NCBI GenBank assembly: GCA_963697795.1
Contig: OY969097.1
Span: 3,138,972-3,202,971, forward strand
From: an uncultured Solirubrobacteraceae bacterium
Lineage (GTDB): Bacteria; Actinomycetota; Thermoleophilia; Solirubrobacterales; Solirubrobacteraceae
Length of the DNA: 64,000 bases
Direction: 5' to 3'
A model generated the notes under the pieces. The model did no database searches. It was not told the DNA's origin and saw only the letters and a program-made list of their open reading frames with translations. Of this stretch, positions 1 through 13,640 are shown piece after piece (position 1 is the first letter of the stretch; each line of letters begins with the position of its first letter). A program made the position numbers and the translations under genes.

Positions 1-460
1 GCCCGAAGCGGGCGTTCTCGGCCGCGATCGTGAGGTCGCAGACGAGGTGAAGGACGTGCCCGCCGCCGATCGCATAGCCCGCGACCATCGCCACGACGGG
101 CTTGGGCAGGCGGCGCATCTGCACGTGCAGGTCGGTGACGTGGAAGCGGCCCACGCCCGTGTGGGTGGGATCGGATATCTCGTCGTCGTTGAGGTAGCCG
201 GAGTCGCCGCGCACGCGCTGGTCCCCGCCCGAGCAGAAGGCGTCCGGTCCCTCGCCGGTCAGCACGATCACGCCGACGCTCGTGTCCTCCCGCGCCACCT
301 CAAGCGCCTGAGAGATCTCGATCACCGTCCTCGGCCGGAAGGCGTTTCTCACCTCCGGGCGGGCGATCGTGATCTTGGCTATGCCCGCGTCCTCGCCCGT
401 CGAGAGCTCGTAGCGGATGTCCTCGTATGTGCCGGTTCCGGCGATCCATTGGGTGCTCAT
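1..460 (-). CDS. menB: 1,4-dihydroxy-2-naphthoyl-CoA synthase (crotonase fold); N-terminal ~153 codons, the rest runs off the left window edge
   Basis: My own reverse-strand translation from the ATG at 460-458 gives [89 protein letters not shown]...[32 protein letters not shown], a typical MenB/enoyl-CoA hydratase sequence. It is absent from the ORF track because no stop lies inside the window. It is divergent from menE. Confidence 0.85.
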   Translation of the reverse strand, partial: MSTQWIAGTGTYEDIRYELSTGEDAGIAKITIARPEVRNAFRPRTVIEISQALEVAREDTSVGVIVLTGEGPDAFCSGGDQRVRGDSGYLNDDEISDPTHTGVGRFHVTDLHVQMRRLPKPVVAMVAGYAIGGGHVLHLVCDLTIAAENARFG

Positions 461-494
461 CGCGGGAAGGCTAGCTGCAGCTAGCCTGTGGGCA

Positions 495-1832
495 ATGCCA
501 ACCAGTGGATGGCTGGACCGTGCCGCCGGCTGCGCACCCGACCGCACGGCCGTCGAGACCCCCTCGGGGAGCCTCTCCTACGGGGAGCTGCTGAGCCGCG
601 CCCGGGCCGGCGCGGCGGCCCTGCGGGAGCGCGGCGTGCAGCCGGGCCAGGCCGTCGCCATCGCCCTTCCCGCGGGCCTGGACTTCGTCAGCGCCCTGCA
701 CGCCTGCATGCTGCTCGGCGCCCCCGCCCTGCCCGTCGACCTGCGCCTGGCCGCCTCCGAGCGCGAGCGCATATCCGCACCGGCCTCCGTCGTCGTCGAG
801 GAGCCGCTGCCCGGCGAGGGCGTCGAGCTGCCCCCCTCGCTGCAGGCTCCCGCCCGCCACGACCTCGACGCGACCGCCCTGATCGTCCACACCTCCGGGA
901 CCACAGCCGCCCCCCGCCCTGTCGAGCTGACCTACGGCAACCTCTTCTGGAGCGCCATCGGGTCGGGCGTGGCGCTGGGCATCGACCCGGGCGAGCGCTG
1001 GCTGTGCGCCCTGCCGCTGTCCCACGTCGGCGGCCTCTCGATCCTGATCCGCTCCGTCATCGGCGCGACCACGGCCGTCGTGCACGAGCGCTTCGAGACC
1101 GACCGCGTCCTGCAGGCGCTGATGGAGCAGGACGTCACCCTCGTCAGCCTCGTCGCGACGACCCTCGCCCGCCTATTGGACGCCGGCCTGCAGGCCCCGC
1201 CGAAGCTCCGCTGCGCCCTCACGGGCGGCGGTCCTGTGCCGCTGGCCCTGGTCGAACGGGCCCGCGAGGCGGAGGTTCCGGTCAGCACCACCTACGGCCT
1301 CACGGAGACCTGCTCGCAGGCCACGACGCTGCCCGTGGCCGTGCTGGAGGAGCCGCCGGTCCACACGGCCGGCCCGCCCCTCTTCTGTACCCGCCTGCAG
1401 ATCGCCGAGGACGGGGAGATCATGATCTCCGGCCCGACCGTCGCCCGCTCCGCCGAGCTGACCAACGGTTGGCTGGCCACGGGCGACCTGGGCAGCCTCG
1501 ACGAGCGCGGCTGGCTGACCGTCGTCGGCCGCAAGGCCGACACGATCGTCAGCGGCGGCGAGAACGTCGCCCCCGCCGAGGTGGAGGCCGTCCTGGAGGC
1601 CCACCCGCACGTCGCCGAGGCGGCTGTCGTGGGCCGCCCCGACGAGCAGTGGGGGGAGGCCGTGACGGCCCTGCTCGTCATGCACGAGGGAGAGGACATG
1701 GACGAGCAGGCGCTGGCCGAGCACTGCCGCACCGCCCTGGCCCCCTACAAGGTCCCCAAGCGCTTCACCCGCCTGTCCGACCCCCTGCCCCGCACGCCAT
1801 CGGGCAAGCTGCTGCGCAGGGAGCTCGTGTGA
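495..1832 (+). CDS. menE: o-succinylbenzoate-CoA ligase / AMP-dependent acyl-CoA synthetase
   Basis: AMP-binding family motifs are present ([24 protein letters not shown]...[33 protein letters not shown]). It is divergent from menB. I place the start at the internal ATG 495 (MPTSGWLDR) rather than the ORF-track start 417, which would overlap menB. Confidence 0.75.
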   Translation: MPTSGWLDRAAGCAPDRTAVETPSGSLSYGELLSRARAGAAALRERGVQPGQAVAIALPAGLDFVSALHACMLLGAPALPVDLRLAASERERISAPASVVVEEPLPGEGVELPPSLQAPARHDLDATALIVHTSGTTAAPRPVELTYGNLFWSAIGSGVALGIDPGERWLCALPLSHVGGLSILIRSVIGATTAVVHERFETDRVLQALMEQDVTLVSLVATTLARLLDAGLQAPPKLRCALTGGGPVPLALVERAREAEVPVSTTYGLTETCSQATTLPVAVLEEPPVHTAGPPLFCTRLQIAEDGEIMISGPTVARSAELTNGWLATGDLGSLDERGWLTVVGRKADTIVSGGENVAPAEVEAVLEAHPHVAEAAVVGRPDEQWGEAVTALLVMHEGEDMDEQALAEHCRTALAPYKVPKRFTRLSDPLPRTPSGKLLRRELV

Positions 1833-2689
1833 GCACGAGCTTCGACGCCGAGCGCTACAGGGCGGAGAGCATCGAGGGCTGGGAAGCAGCCGCCGCCGGC
1901 TGGGTGCGCAGGCGGCAGCAGATCGCCCACTGGGCCGCGCCCGTGGCGCACTGGCTCGTCGAGGCGGTCGCGCCGCAGCCGGGGGAGAGGGTGTTGGAGC
2001 TGGCCGCGGGACTGGGGGAGACAGGCATGCTGGCGGCGGAGCTCGTCGCCCCCGCCGGCAGCGTCCTCATCTCCGACCAGACAGAGGCGATGCTGGAGGG
2101 CGCCCGCGCCCGCGCCGCCGAGCTGGGCATCACAAACGTCGAGTTCAAGGTCCTCAACGCCGAATGGATCGACCTGCCGCTGGCCGGCGTCGACGCCGCC
2201 CTCTGCAGGTGGGGCTTCATGCTGATGGCCGACCCCGGCGCGGCCCTGTCTGAGACGCGCAGGGTGCTGCGCTCCGGCGGGCGCCTGGCCCTGGCCGTGT
2301 GGGACGCCATCGAGCGCAACCCCTGGGCATACCTGCCCGTCAGGGCGCTGATCGAGCACGGCCACACGAGCGCAAGCGGCGCCGACGGGCGGCCGGGCCC
2401 GTTCGCGCTCGGCGACGCCGGGCTCCTGGCGGAGACCCTGGCCGGGGCCGGCTTCGTCGAGCCTCGCATCGAGACGATCGAGCTGACCCGCCGCCACGAC
2501 TCCTTCGGAGAGCTGTGGGACTTCCAGCTGGACGTCTCGCACACCTTCCACGAGGCCGTCATGTCGCTTCCCGAGCAGGAGATCGAGGCCGTCCAGGCGA
2601 CGCTGCGGGAGCTGCTGGCCCCCCACACGGACGCAACCGGCGCGATCGAGCTGTCGGGCGCCACGCTCGTGGCGCTGGCCGAGGCCTGA
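1829..2689 (+). CDS. class I SAM-dependent methyltransferase
   Basis: The GTG start overlaps the menE stop (GTGTGA). The SAM-binding motif [12 protein letters not shown] and post-I/II motifs ([25 protein letters not shown]) are present. Only the 3' part of ORF 488..2689 is the real frame. Confidence 0.7.
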   Translation: MSTSFDAERYRAESIEGWEAAAAGWVRRRQQIAHWAAPVAHWLVEAVAPQPGERVLELAAGLGETGMLAAELVAPAGSVLISDQTEAMLEGARARAAELGITNVEFKVLNAEWIDLPLAGVDAALCRWGFMLMADPGAALSETRRVLRSGGRLALAVWDAIERNPWAYLPVRALIEHGHTSASGADGRPGPFALGDAGLLAETLAGAGFVEPRIETIELTRRHDSFGELWDFQLDVSHTFHEAVMSLPEQEIEAVQATLRELLAPHTDATGAIELSGATLVALAEA

Positions 2690-2726
2690 CCCTGGAGAAG
2701 GGCCCGCTTCGGATAGCCTGCGGCCA

Positions 2727-3716
<990 letters not shown>

Positions 3717-3772
3717 TGGGCGACCCGGCGGCCTCGCGACGGCGCCGCACCGTCTAGGGCAGGCGCGAGTCG

Positions 3773-4411
3773 ATGCTGGCCTACGTCTTCTGGCACCGGC
3801 CCGCGCCGGGCGTCGCACCCGACGCCTACGAGCAGTCCCTCGAGCGCTTCCACCGCTCCCTGGCCCACCGGCCCCCGGCCGGCTTCAGGGGCTCGGTGAC
3901 GCTGCGGGCGCCCGCACTGCCCTGGCTGCCGGTTCCCGCCGGCGAGGACCCCGCCGGATACGAGGACTGGTACCTGCTGGACTCCTGGGACGCCGTCGGC
4001 GTGCTGGAGAGCGCGGCCGTCTCCCACGGTCACGCGACAGCGCACGAGCAGGCGGCCCGCCATGCCGGCGCCGGCACTGCCTCGATATACCGCCTGCAGG
4101 AGGGCCGGGGGATGCCGGCGCAGGCCCGCACGGCCGTCTGGGTCGAGCGGGCTCCAGGCAGCGCCCACGGTGCCATCTCGGACCTGCTGGAGGACGGCAT
4201 GGACGGGGACAGCAGCTCCCTGTGGCGGCGCTGCCTGGTGCTCGGACCCGCGCCTGAGCTGTGCCTGCTCGCCGGCGAGCGGCAGATCGACCTGGAGACG
4301 GGCATCTCGCCGAGCCGGCTGCCGGGCGGCTGGAGCGCCGAAGTCGCCGCCCGCGAACCGCTCGAGGACCCCACTGCAGGCGAGCCGGAGCAGCCCGCGG
4401 GCGATGGCTGA
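3773..4411 (+). CDS. hypothetical protein
   Basis: A 212-aa ORF in the expected GC3-rich frame with no motif I recognise. Its 3' end overlaps the next gene by 8 nt. Confidence 0.45.
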   Translation: MLAYVFWHRPAPGVAPDAYEQSLERFHRSLAHRPPAGFRGSVTLRAPALPWLPVPAGEDPAGYEDWYLLDSWDAVGVLESAAVSHGHATAHEQAARHAGAGTASIYRLQEGRGMPAQARTAVWVERAPGSAHGAISDLLEDGMDGDSSSLWRRCLVLGPAPELCLLAGERQIDLETGISPSRLPGGWSAEVAAREPLEDPTAGEPEQPAGDG

Positions 4412-5390
4412 CAGCGACAGGGTCATGGGCGAGGAGCTGCAGAGCGGCGAGTTCCGCCGCCGGCAGAGCCGCTTCCGCGACTGGGTGGGTCCCGACCACC
4501 GCCCCGGCCACGAGAACGACACACCCCGCTACACCCCCGAGCCCGGTCGCTACCACCTCTACGTCTCGCTGGCCTGTCCCTGGTGTCACCGCACCGCCAT
4601 CCTGCGCGAGCTGGCGGGCCTGCGGGAGGCGGTGCCGATTCATTACCTGGCGCCCTTCCGCGACGCGCGCGGGTGGGCCTTCAGCGGGGAGGAGTTCTCA
4701 GACGGACCCGGCGGACGCTACGTCGACTCCCTGCACGGCTGGAAGTTCATGAGCGAGGCATACCGCCTCTCCGACCCCGCCTACGCGGCCCGCGTCACCG
4801 TTCCCGTCCTGTGGGACGAGCAGACGGGCTGCATCGTCAACAACGAGTCCAGTGACATCGTGCGCATGATGGCCGCGCCCGACTCGCTCGGCGGGATCGG
4901 CACGAGCGGCGGCCTGGATTTGTACCCGCCGGAGCTTCGCGAGCAGATCGTCGCGGTCAACGAGCGGGTCTACGAGACGGTCAACAACGGCGTCTACAGG
5001 GCCGGCTTCGCGCGCCTGCAACCCGCCTACGAGCACGCCTTCCAGCGGCTGTTCGAGAGCTTCGCTTGGCTGGAGGAGCTGCTGTCCGAGCGCCGCTACC
5101 TGATGGGCGACGCCGTCACGGAGGCCGACTGGCGGCTGTTCCCGACGCTGGTCCGCTTCGACGAGGTCTACAACCTGCACTTCCGCTGCAACTACAGGAG
5201 GCTGGTCGACTACCCGAGCATGTGGGGCTACGCCCGCGAGCTCTACCAGCAGCCGGGAGTGGCGCCGACCGTCGCGATGGACCAGATCAAGCGCCACTAC
5301 TACACGACCCACGACGAGCTGAACCCGAAGCGGATAATCCCCACAGGCCCCGGCTACGACTGGCGCGCGCCGCACGGCCGCGGGGCTTGA
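4404..5390 (+). CDS. glutathionyl-hydroquinone reductase (Xi-class GST, YqjG/ECM4-like)
   Basis: It contains the Xi-class signature YHLYVSLACPWCHRT (CPW motif) and matches the family in length and C-terminal GST fold (NGVYRAGFA, RHYY). Start is at internal ATG 4404 (MADSDRV). Confidence 0.8.
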   Translation: MADSDRVMGEELQSGEFRRRQSRFRDWVGPDHRPGHENDTPRYTPEPGRYHLYVSLACPWCHRTAILRELAGLREAVPIHYLAPFRDARGWAFSGEEFSDGPGGRYVDSLHGWKFMSEAYRLSDPAYAARVTVPVLWDEQTGCIVNNESSDIVRMMAAPDSLGGIGTSGGLDLYPPELREQIVAVNERVYETVNNGVYRAGFARLQPAYEHAFQRLFESFAWLEELLSERRYLMGDAVTEADWRLFPTLVRFDEVYNLHFRCNYRRLVDYPSMWGYARELYQQPGVAPTVAMDQIKRHYYTTHDELNPKRIIPTGPGYDWRAPHGRGA

Positions 5391-5412
5391 GTCCTCCGGG
5401 ACGTCCGATTCA

Positions 5413-5485
5413 TACACCAGGCGGGGCTCGAACCCGCATCAACGGCCGCTAAAGCCGCCCCATTGGCCATTTATGGTACTGGTGC
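5413..5485 (-). tRNA. 73-nt class-I tRNA with anticodon UAG (Leu-type) but no long variable arm; atypical/orphan
   Basis: Hand-folded from the reverse complement: GCACCAG TA CCAT AAATGGCCA ATGG G GCGGC TTTAGCG GCCGT TGAT GCGGG TTCGAGC CCCGC CTGGTGT A. U8, A14, G18G19 and the T-loop are canonical. G1-U72 is a wobble pair and A73 is the discriminator. Position 37 is C, which is unusual. No CCA is encoded. Confidence 0.75.
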
Positions 5486-5692
5486 GCGTCACAACCAATC
5501 GTGGGGTGGATTCTCGCCAGTCGGGCGGGGAATTGCCACCCATATTTCCGTTAAATTTGGGAATCGCCGCATTCCACGGGACATCCGGAAAGCGAGGATC
5601 GTCGAGATGCAACTCCGTGTCTCCTACAGGGCTCGGCCCGGCGCCGCCCGGGGCGCATTTCGGAGAATTTGTTTTCTACTCACATGATTTTC

Positions 5693-5721
5693 TTGTCACT
5701 CGCACGCTGAGACGCTAGCCT
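5693..5721 (+). promoter_or_regulatory. putative sigma-70-type promoter for ArgRS-like paralog 1
   Basis: TTGTCA (5693-5698), a 17-nt spacer, then TAGCCT (5716-5721, TAnnnT). It lies about 30 nt upstream of ATG 5753 in an AT-richer intergenic stretch. Pattern match only. Confidence 0.3.
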
Positions 5722-5752
5722 CGGCGAAGTCCGGGGGAGCGGTGTGTGAGCT

Positions 5753-7423
5753 ATGAACCTCTTCGATCATCTGGAGGCAGTGGCGGCGGGCGGGGCCTCA
5801 CCCCCGTGGTGGTCGGCGCGGTCGCTGAGCGAGCCCCACCCCGAGTTCGACGCGAAGCTGATCTCCCGCGTGGACTGCTGGCAGGACAAGCGCCGCGCCC
5901 GCGAGGCACTGGAACGGGTCGAGCAGAACCCCGCCGTCGAGCGCCTGCGGCCGGAAGGACGGGAAGTGTGGGTGCGCCTGAGTGAGAGCCTGCTGGAAGG
6001 GCTGGGGGAGCGCTTCGAGGACCCTTCCGCCGGCCTGCCCGACAACGGCGACCTGCTGGCGGGCAGGCGCTTCGTCGTGAACTTCTGGTGCGCCAACGCG
6101 ACCAAGGCCCTGCACGTCGGGCACCTGCGAAACCTCGCCGTGGGCAACGGCCTGGCCGGCGTCTTCAGGGAGTCGGGAGCGGAGGTCGAGCGTCACAGCC
6201 TGATCTGCGACGTCGGGCGCAGCATGGGGGAGGCGATGGCGGGGGTCGCCCGCAGCGGCCCGCAGGCAGGCCCGGAGCTGGAGAAGCCCGACCACTTCGT
6301 CGGGCGCTGCTACCTGGACTACCTGCGGGCCACAGCCGAGCGCGTCACCCCCGACGTCGGCTCGCGCGAGATCGCGAGGGGGGAGATGGAGGAGCAGGAC
6401 GGGGCGGACGACCTGACGCTGCGGCTGCTGGCCGGCGACCCGGCGGCCAGGGAGCTGTGGCTGGCGACCCGCTCGTGGGTGATGGAGGGCCAGGAAGAGA
6501 CGCTCGGCCGCCTGGGCGTGGACTTCGAGCGCGTCTACTACGAGTCCGACTACCTGGCCAGGATGCGCGAGCTGGAGCAGGCCGGCCTGCGCGCGGGGGT
6601 TCTGCGTCGTGACGGCGACGGCGTCGTCGTCTACCCGACGGGGCTCAGCGAGCTGGAGGAGATGCCGCTGGTCCGCAGCGACGGCGTGCCGACCCAGCAC
6701 ATGCGCTCCCTGGCCTTCTGGATCGACCCACCGGATCTCGAGGGAGCCCTCTCGATTCAGGTCTCGGGCGCCGAGTGGGTCTCACACGTCGCCTGCCGGC
6801 GCAGGCTGGCGGCTGCCCTCGGCGCCGACGGCAGGGCCGTCGCGACCAAACCCACCCACGACGTCTTCCACGGCATGGTCGCCGTCGAGAAGCGGGCCAT
6901 GGCCTCCAGCGTGGAAGGGGCCCTGCTGATCGACGACATCCTCGACTGGCTGGACGCCCAGATCGACAGCGACGAACACGCCAAGCGAGTGCTGGAGTCG
7001 CACCCCTGCCCCGAGCGCGTCCCCGCGCAGGTCGCCCTGGCCTGCTTTTCCCTGCGGCAGGTCGGCAAGACCGTCGACTTCGACCCCTTGTCGCTGCTGG
7101 ACGTCTCGCGCAGCCCCGGCTGGGCCCTGGCGTGCGCCCGTGCCGGCAGCGGGCGTCCCGTCGGGGAGGCGGACCTGCGCGCGGCCACGGGCGACCCCGA
7201 CTACCGCTACGCGCTTGTGCAGTCGGAGATGTACCGCCGTCACCTGCTGCGGACGATCGGGACGCGCGACCTGGAGATGCTGGCCCGCTACGCCTTCCGG
7301 CTGGCGGGCTGGTATCTGCGCGAACCGAGGGCGGCCACGGTCGAGCGTGTCGTGGGGGCGACGCTCGGCCAGGCCGCCCGCGGGCTGGGTCTGGAACCCG
7401 CGCAGGCGGAGCGGGTCGGCTGA
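5753..7423 (+). CDS. arginyl-tRNA-synthetase-like class-I aaRS paralog 1 (specificity unknown)
   Basis: 556 aa. The HIGH region FWCANATKALHVGHLRNLAVGNGLAG...CDVGRSMGEAMAG aligns by eye with ArgRS ([21 protein letters not shown]...HVGDWGTQFG). The KMSKS position is degenerate (KRAMASS). The C-terminal DALR-like helical region contains RYAFRLAGWY. About 60-65% identical by eye to the paralog at 51755..53419. Confidence 0.8.
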   Translation: MNLFDHLEAVAAGGASPPWWSARSLSEPHPEFDAKLISRVDCWQDKRRAREALERVEQNPAVERLRPEGREVWVRLSESLLEGLGERFEDPSAGLPDNGDLLAGRRFVVNFWCANATKALHVGHLRNLAVGNGLAGVFRESGAEVERHSLICDVGRSMGEAMAGVARSGPQAGPELEKPDHFVGRCYLDYLRATAERVTPDVGSREIARGEMEEQDGADDLTLRLLAGDPAARELWLATRSWVMEGQEETLGRLGVDFERVYYESDYLARMRELEQAGLRAGVLRRDGDGVVVYPTGLSELEEMPLVRSDGVPTQHMRSLAFWIDPPDLEGALSIQVSGAEWVSHVACRRRLAAALGADGRAVATKPTHDVFHGMVAVEKRAMASSVEGALLIDDILDWLDAQIDSDEHAKRVLESHPCPERVPAQVALACFSLRQVGKTVDFDPLSLLDVSRSPGWALACARAGSGRPVGEADLRAATGDPDYRYALVQSEMYRRHLLRTIGTRDLEMLARYAFRLAGWYLREPRAATVERVVGATLGQAARGLGLEPAQAERVG

Positions 7424-7427
7424 GCCC

Positions 7428-8381
7428 ATGGCCGAGATGGTCGCGATCGAGCAGCGCCCCGTCGGCAGAGACGCGGCGCCGTGGGTGCGCGAACGGGGCC
7501 TCTTCACGCTCGGCCACGAGAACGACAGGCGCATCGCCGAGCTGCGCAAGGGCCTTCTAGGGCACCGGCGGGTGCGCATCGAGGCAGCCCAGGCGCACGA
7601 CGACGAGGTCGAGGGGGTCCTGGACCGCCTGCACGAGCCCGACTACCTGGCGGCGATCCGCTCCGTGGCGAGCGACAGGCCGGTCGTGCTGGAGACCGTG
7701 GCTGCACCCGGGACGATGCCCGACATCCCCGTCAACGCCGGGCTCGTGGCGGCCGCGCACGAGGGCATCAGGGTCTCGATCACGGCCGCCAGGCGCCTGC
7801 TGGCCGGCGCCCGCTACACCTACGCCCTGTGCAGGCCGCCCGGCCATCACGCCGGGCCCGCCTGGTGCGGCGGCTACTGCTATCTGAACAACGCGGCCGC
7901 GGCGGCGCAGGTGCTCGGCGAGGCCGGCCTCACCGGCGTCGCGCTAGTCGACCTCGACCTGCACTACGGCAACGGCACGGCCGCGATCGTCGCGGGGATG
8001 CCGAGCACGGCGATGTGGTCGCTGCACGAGCAGCGCAACGGCACACCGCCGCCCGAGCCCTTCAGCCCACGCGAGCACCAGATCGCCTTCACGAGCGTCC
8101 CCAGCGCCGAGGACTACCTGCGGGCCCTCGCCGGAGCCATCGCCGAGTTCCCCTCCGACACGCAGGCCGTCGTCGTCTCGCTCGGCTACGACACGGTCGT
8201 CGGGGACCCTCACGGCGCCTGGCGCTTCCCGCCGGGCATCTTCGCCAGCATCGGGCGGCTGCTCAGAGAGACCGGCCTGCCGCTGTGCATCGTTCAGGAG
8301 GGCGGATACGCGCTGCGGGCGCTGGCACCCTGCAGCCGGGCTTTCGCCGGCGGACTGCTCGACGATGATCCGCTCCAGTGA
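7428..8381 (+). CDS. histone-deacetylase-family (arginase/deacetylase fold) amidohydrolase
   Basis: Catalytic motifs LCRPPGHHAG and VDLDLHYGNGT are present, plus a C-terminal QEGGY. The start is 5 nt after the paralog-1 stop. Confidence 0.8.
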   Translation: MAEMVAIEQRPVGRDAAPWVRERGLFTLGHENDRRIAELRKGLLGHRRVRIEAAQAHDDEVEGVLDRLHEPDYLAAIRSVASDRPVVLETVAAPGTMPDIPVNAGLVAAAHEGIRVSITAARRLLAGARYTYALCRPPGHHAGPAWCGGYCYLNNAAAAAQVLGEAGLTGVALVDLDLHYGNGTAAIVAGMPSTAMWSLHEQRNGTPPPEPFSPREHQIAFTSVPSAEDYLRALAGAIAEFPSDTQAVVVSLGYDTVVGDPHGAWRFPPGIFASIGRLLRETGLPLCIVQEGGYALRALAPCSRAFAGGLLDDDPLQ

Positions 8382-9669
8382 CCTGCTCGTAGTCGGAGCG
8401 GGAGCCAAGGCGGCCGCGCTCGCCGCCAAGGTTCACGCCCTTAACACGCTCGGCGTCGCCTCGCTGAGCATGACTATCGTCGAGGCCGTCGAGCCGGCCG
8501 CCTCCTGGCTGGGACTGGGCGGTGCCACCTCCGGCGCGGAGCCCCTGGCCCAGGCACCCGTCAAGGACGTCGGTTTCCCCTACCAGAGCCGGCGCAGCTT
8601 CGACGGCTACGGCGAGGCGATCGACGGTCACGTCCTCTCCCTCTCCTGGCAGTCCTACCTGATCCACGAAGGCCGTTACGCCCGCTGGGTCGACGCGGGC
8701 TCCCCCACCGTCACGCACGGCGACTACGGCCGCTACCTGGCCTGGGTCCTCTCCAGGGCCACCGCCGGCGTGCGCCTGGAGCGAGGACGCGCCGAGCGGG
8801 TCCTGCTCGAACCGGACGACGAGCACTGGGAGGTCGAGGTGGGGGAGGACACGTTCACGGCACGAGCGCTCGTCCTGACGGGACCGGGCGTCCAGGCCCC
8901 GCTTCCCCACGACGAGGCGGTCGCCTCGCGCATCCTGCACAGCGGAGGGCCCCGCGCCCGCTTCACGGTCATCCCCGAGACGCCCTGCTGCGAGGTGGCG
9001 ATCGTCGGCGGCGGCGACAGCGCCATCGCCTGCGTGGCCTACGTGCTGGCGCTGCGCCCGCGGGTGCGCCTGACGATCTACACGCCCGAGCTCCCGGCCG
9101 GCCGCGGCGAGAGCTTCCTGGAGAACCGCGTCTTCTCGACACCGGACGAGGTCGCCTGGAGCAGCCTCGGCCTCGAGCAGCGCCGGACCTTCGTGCGCCG
9201 CGGCGACAGGGGCGTGTTCGACCCCCTGGCCCTCTCGGAGATCGCCTTCGACGACCGCTGCACGTTCGTGCGCGGCCGCGTCACCCGGCTCGTCGCGGCG
9301 GCGGACGGCCGGGGTGTCGCCGTGGAGCACACCGGCGGCCCGCCGGGCACCCACGACTTCGTCGTCAACTGCACCGGCGCGGACATGCGCCTGCAGATCG
9401 AGGAGCTGCTGGGGCGGGACGTGCGCCGAGAGGTGGCCCGCCGGATCGGGGTCGACTGGGAGACGGCGATCGGGCCCGACGCCCACTTCGGGTACGCGCT
9501 GGAGATCCCCGGCCTCGCCCCGGCTTTGCACGTCCCAGCCCTGGCGGCCCTCAGCCAGGGCCCAGGCTTCGCCAACCTCGGCTGCCTGGGCATGCTCGCG
9601 AACAGGGTGCTGGAGCCGCTCGTGAAGAGCTCGCGGCGCGCGGCCGCCAAGCTCGTGCAGGTCCGCTAG
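8365..9669 (+). CDS. FAD/NAD(P)-binding oxidoreductase (possibly N-hydroxylating flavin monooxygenase-like)
   Basis: N-terminal dinucleotide motif LLVVGAGAKAAA and a second motif VAIVGGGDSAIA indicate a two-Rossmann flavoprotein architecture. It overlaps the deacetylase gene by 17 nt. The monooxygenase subfamily guess is weak. Confidence 0.6.
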   Translation: MIRSSDLLVVGAGAKAAALAAKVHALNTLGVASLSMTIVEAVEPAASWLGLGGATSGAEPLAQAPVKDVGFPYQSRRSFDGYGEAIDGHVLSLSWQSYLIHEGRYARWVDAGSPTVTHGDYGRYLAWVLSRATAGVRLERGRAERVLLEPDDEHWEVEVGEDTFTARALVLTGPGVQAPLPHDEAVASRILHSGGPRARFTVIPETPCCEVAIVGGGDSAIACVAYVLALRPRVRLTIYTPELPAGRGESFLENRVFSTPDEVAWSSLGLEQRRTFVRRGDRGVFDPLALSEIAFDDRCTFVRGRVTRLVAAADGRGVAVEHTGGPPGTHDFVVNCTGADMRLQIEELLGRDVRREVARRIGVDWETAIGPDAHFGYALEIPGLAPALHVPALAALSQGPGFANLGCLGMLANRVLEPLVKSSRRAAAKLVQVR

Positions 9670-12578
<2,909 letters not shown>

Positions 12579-12618
12579 AACGACGCGGGACGGGCCGTCG
12601 GGTAGGCTGCTGGGCGCG

Positions 12619-13617
12619 ATGCGGGCGGTCGTCATAACCAAGCACGGCGGTCCTGGCGTGCTGCAGGTGCAGGAACGGCCGGACCCGCAGCTCGGGCCCG
12701 GGCAGGTCCGCATCCAGGTCGCGGCGGCGGGCATCAACTTCGCCGACGTGATGGCTCGCATGGGGCTCTACCAGGACGCCCCCAAGACGCCCTGCGTGGT
12801 CGGCTACGAGGTCGCGGGCACGATCCTCGAGCTGGGGGAGGGCGTCAGCGGCCTGACACCCGGGCAGCGGGTGCTGGCGGGCACGCAGTTCGGCGGTTAC
12901 GCCTCCCAGGTCGTCGTGCCTTCCGGCGACGTCGTCGAGCTTCCCGACAACCTCAGCTTCGAGCAGGGCGCCGCGGTCCCGGTCAACTACGCGACGGCCT
13001 GGGCGGGCCTGATCGGCTACGGCTCCCTGCAGGGGGGCGAGCGGGTGCTCGTGCACTCCGCTGGCGGGGGCGTCGGCATCGCCGCCACCCAGATCGCCAA
13101 GCGCTTCGGCGCGGAGGTCTACGGGACGGCCTCGCCCTCCAAGCACGAGCGTATCCTCGAGCTCGGCGTGGACCGCGCCCTGGACTACACGAAGCCGGGC
13201 TGGGAGCGGGGGATCGGGGACTTCGACGTGATCCTCGACGCGGTCGGAGGGCGCAGCTTCCGCACCAGCTACTCGCTGCTTCGTCCCGGCGGGCGCCTGG
13301 TCGCCTTCGGCGCCTCCTCGGTCGTCTCCGGCGAGCGACGCAACCTCGTGACGGCCCTGAAAGCAGTCCTGCGCATGCCCCGTTTCAACCTGATCAAGCA
13401 GCTGCAGGAGTCCAAGGCCGTGATCGGGCTGAACATGCTGACGCTGTGGAAGGACCGCGGCACGCTGGAGCCGTGGATCGATCCGCTGCGGGGGATGCTC
13501 GAGGACGGCACGATCAGACCGGTCGTCGCGGGCACCTTCGAGTTCGAGCGGGCCGGCGAGGCGCAGAGCATGATCGTCGAGCGCCGCAACGTCGGCAAGG
13601 TCGTGCTGGTGCCCTGA
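12619..13617 (+). CDS. zinc-type alcohol dehydrogenase-like / NADPH:quinone oxidoreductase (MDR superfamily)
   Basis: MRAVVITKHGGPGVLQVQERPDP...AAGINFADVMARMGLY...VLVHSAGGGVGIAATQIAK. This is the typical quinone oxidoreductase/VAT1-like pattern. Confidence 0.85.
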   Translation: MRAVVITKHGGPGVLQVQERPDPQLGPGQVRIQVAAAGINFADVMARMGLYQDAPKTPCVVGYEVAGTILELGEGVSGLTPGQRVLAGTQFGGYASQVVVPSGDVVELPDNLSFEQGAAVPVNYATAWAGLIGYGSLQGGERVLVHSAGGGVGIAATQIAKRFGAEVYGTASPSKHERILELGVDRALDYTKPGWERGIGDFDVILDAVGGRSFRTSYSLLRPGGRLVAFGASSVVSGERRNLVTALKAVLRMPRFNLIKQLQESKAVIGLNMLTLWKDRGTLEPWIDPLRGMLEDGTIRPVVAGTFEFERAGEAQSMIVERRNVGKVVLVP

Positions 13618-13640
13618 GCGGGTGCTACCCTCCGTCTCGA

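Noticed and set aside
5413-5485. Calling the two tRNAs ordinary tRNA-Leu(UAG)/tRNA-Leu(UAA), that is bldA-like
   Set aside because: Bacterial tRNA-Leu is class II, with a long variable arm and a length of about 85-87 nt. Both genes are 73 nt with a 4-nt variable loop. Each is physically paired with an ArgRS-like paralog. I therefore annotate them as atypical, although I cannot exclude Leu charging without experiments.
5486-5752. Small ORFs (5463..5687, 5473..5718) and a possible T-box/riboswitch in the tRNA/synthetase intergenic region
   Set aside because: The ORFs have no coding-like composition and overlap the tRNA. The predicted 5' UTR of the synthetase paralog is only about 30 nt, too short for a T-box. 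The same reasoning applies upstream of tyrS (61713-61779).
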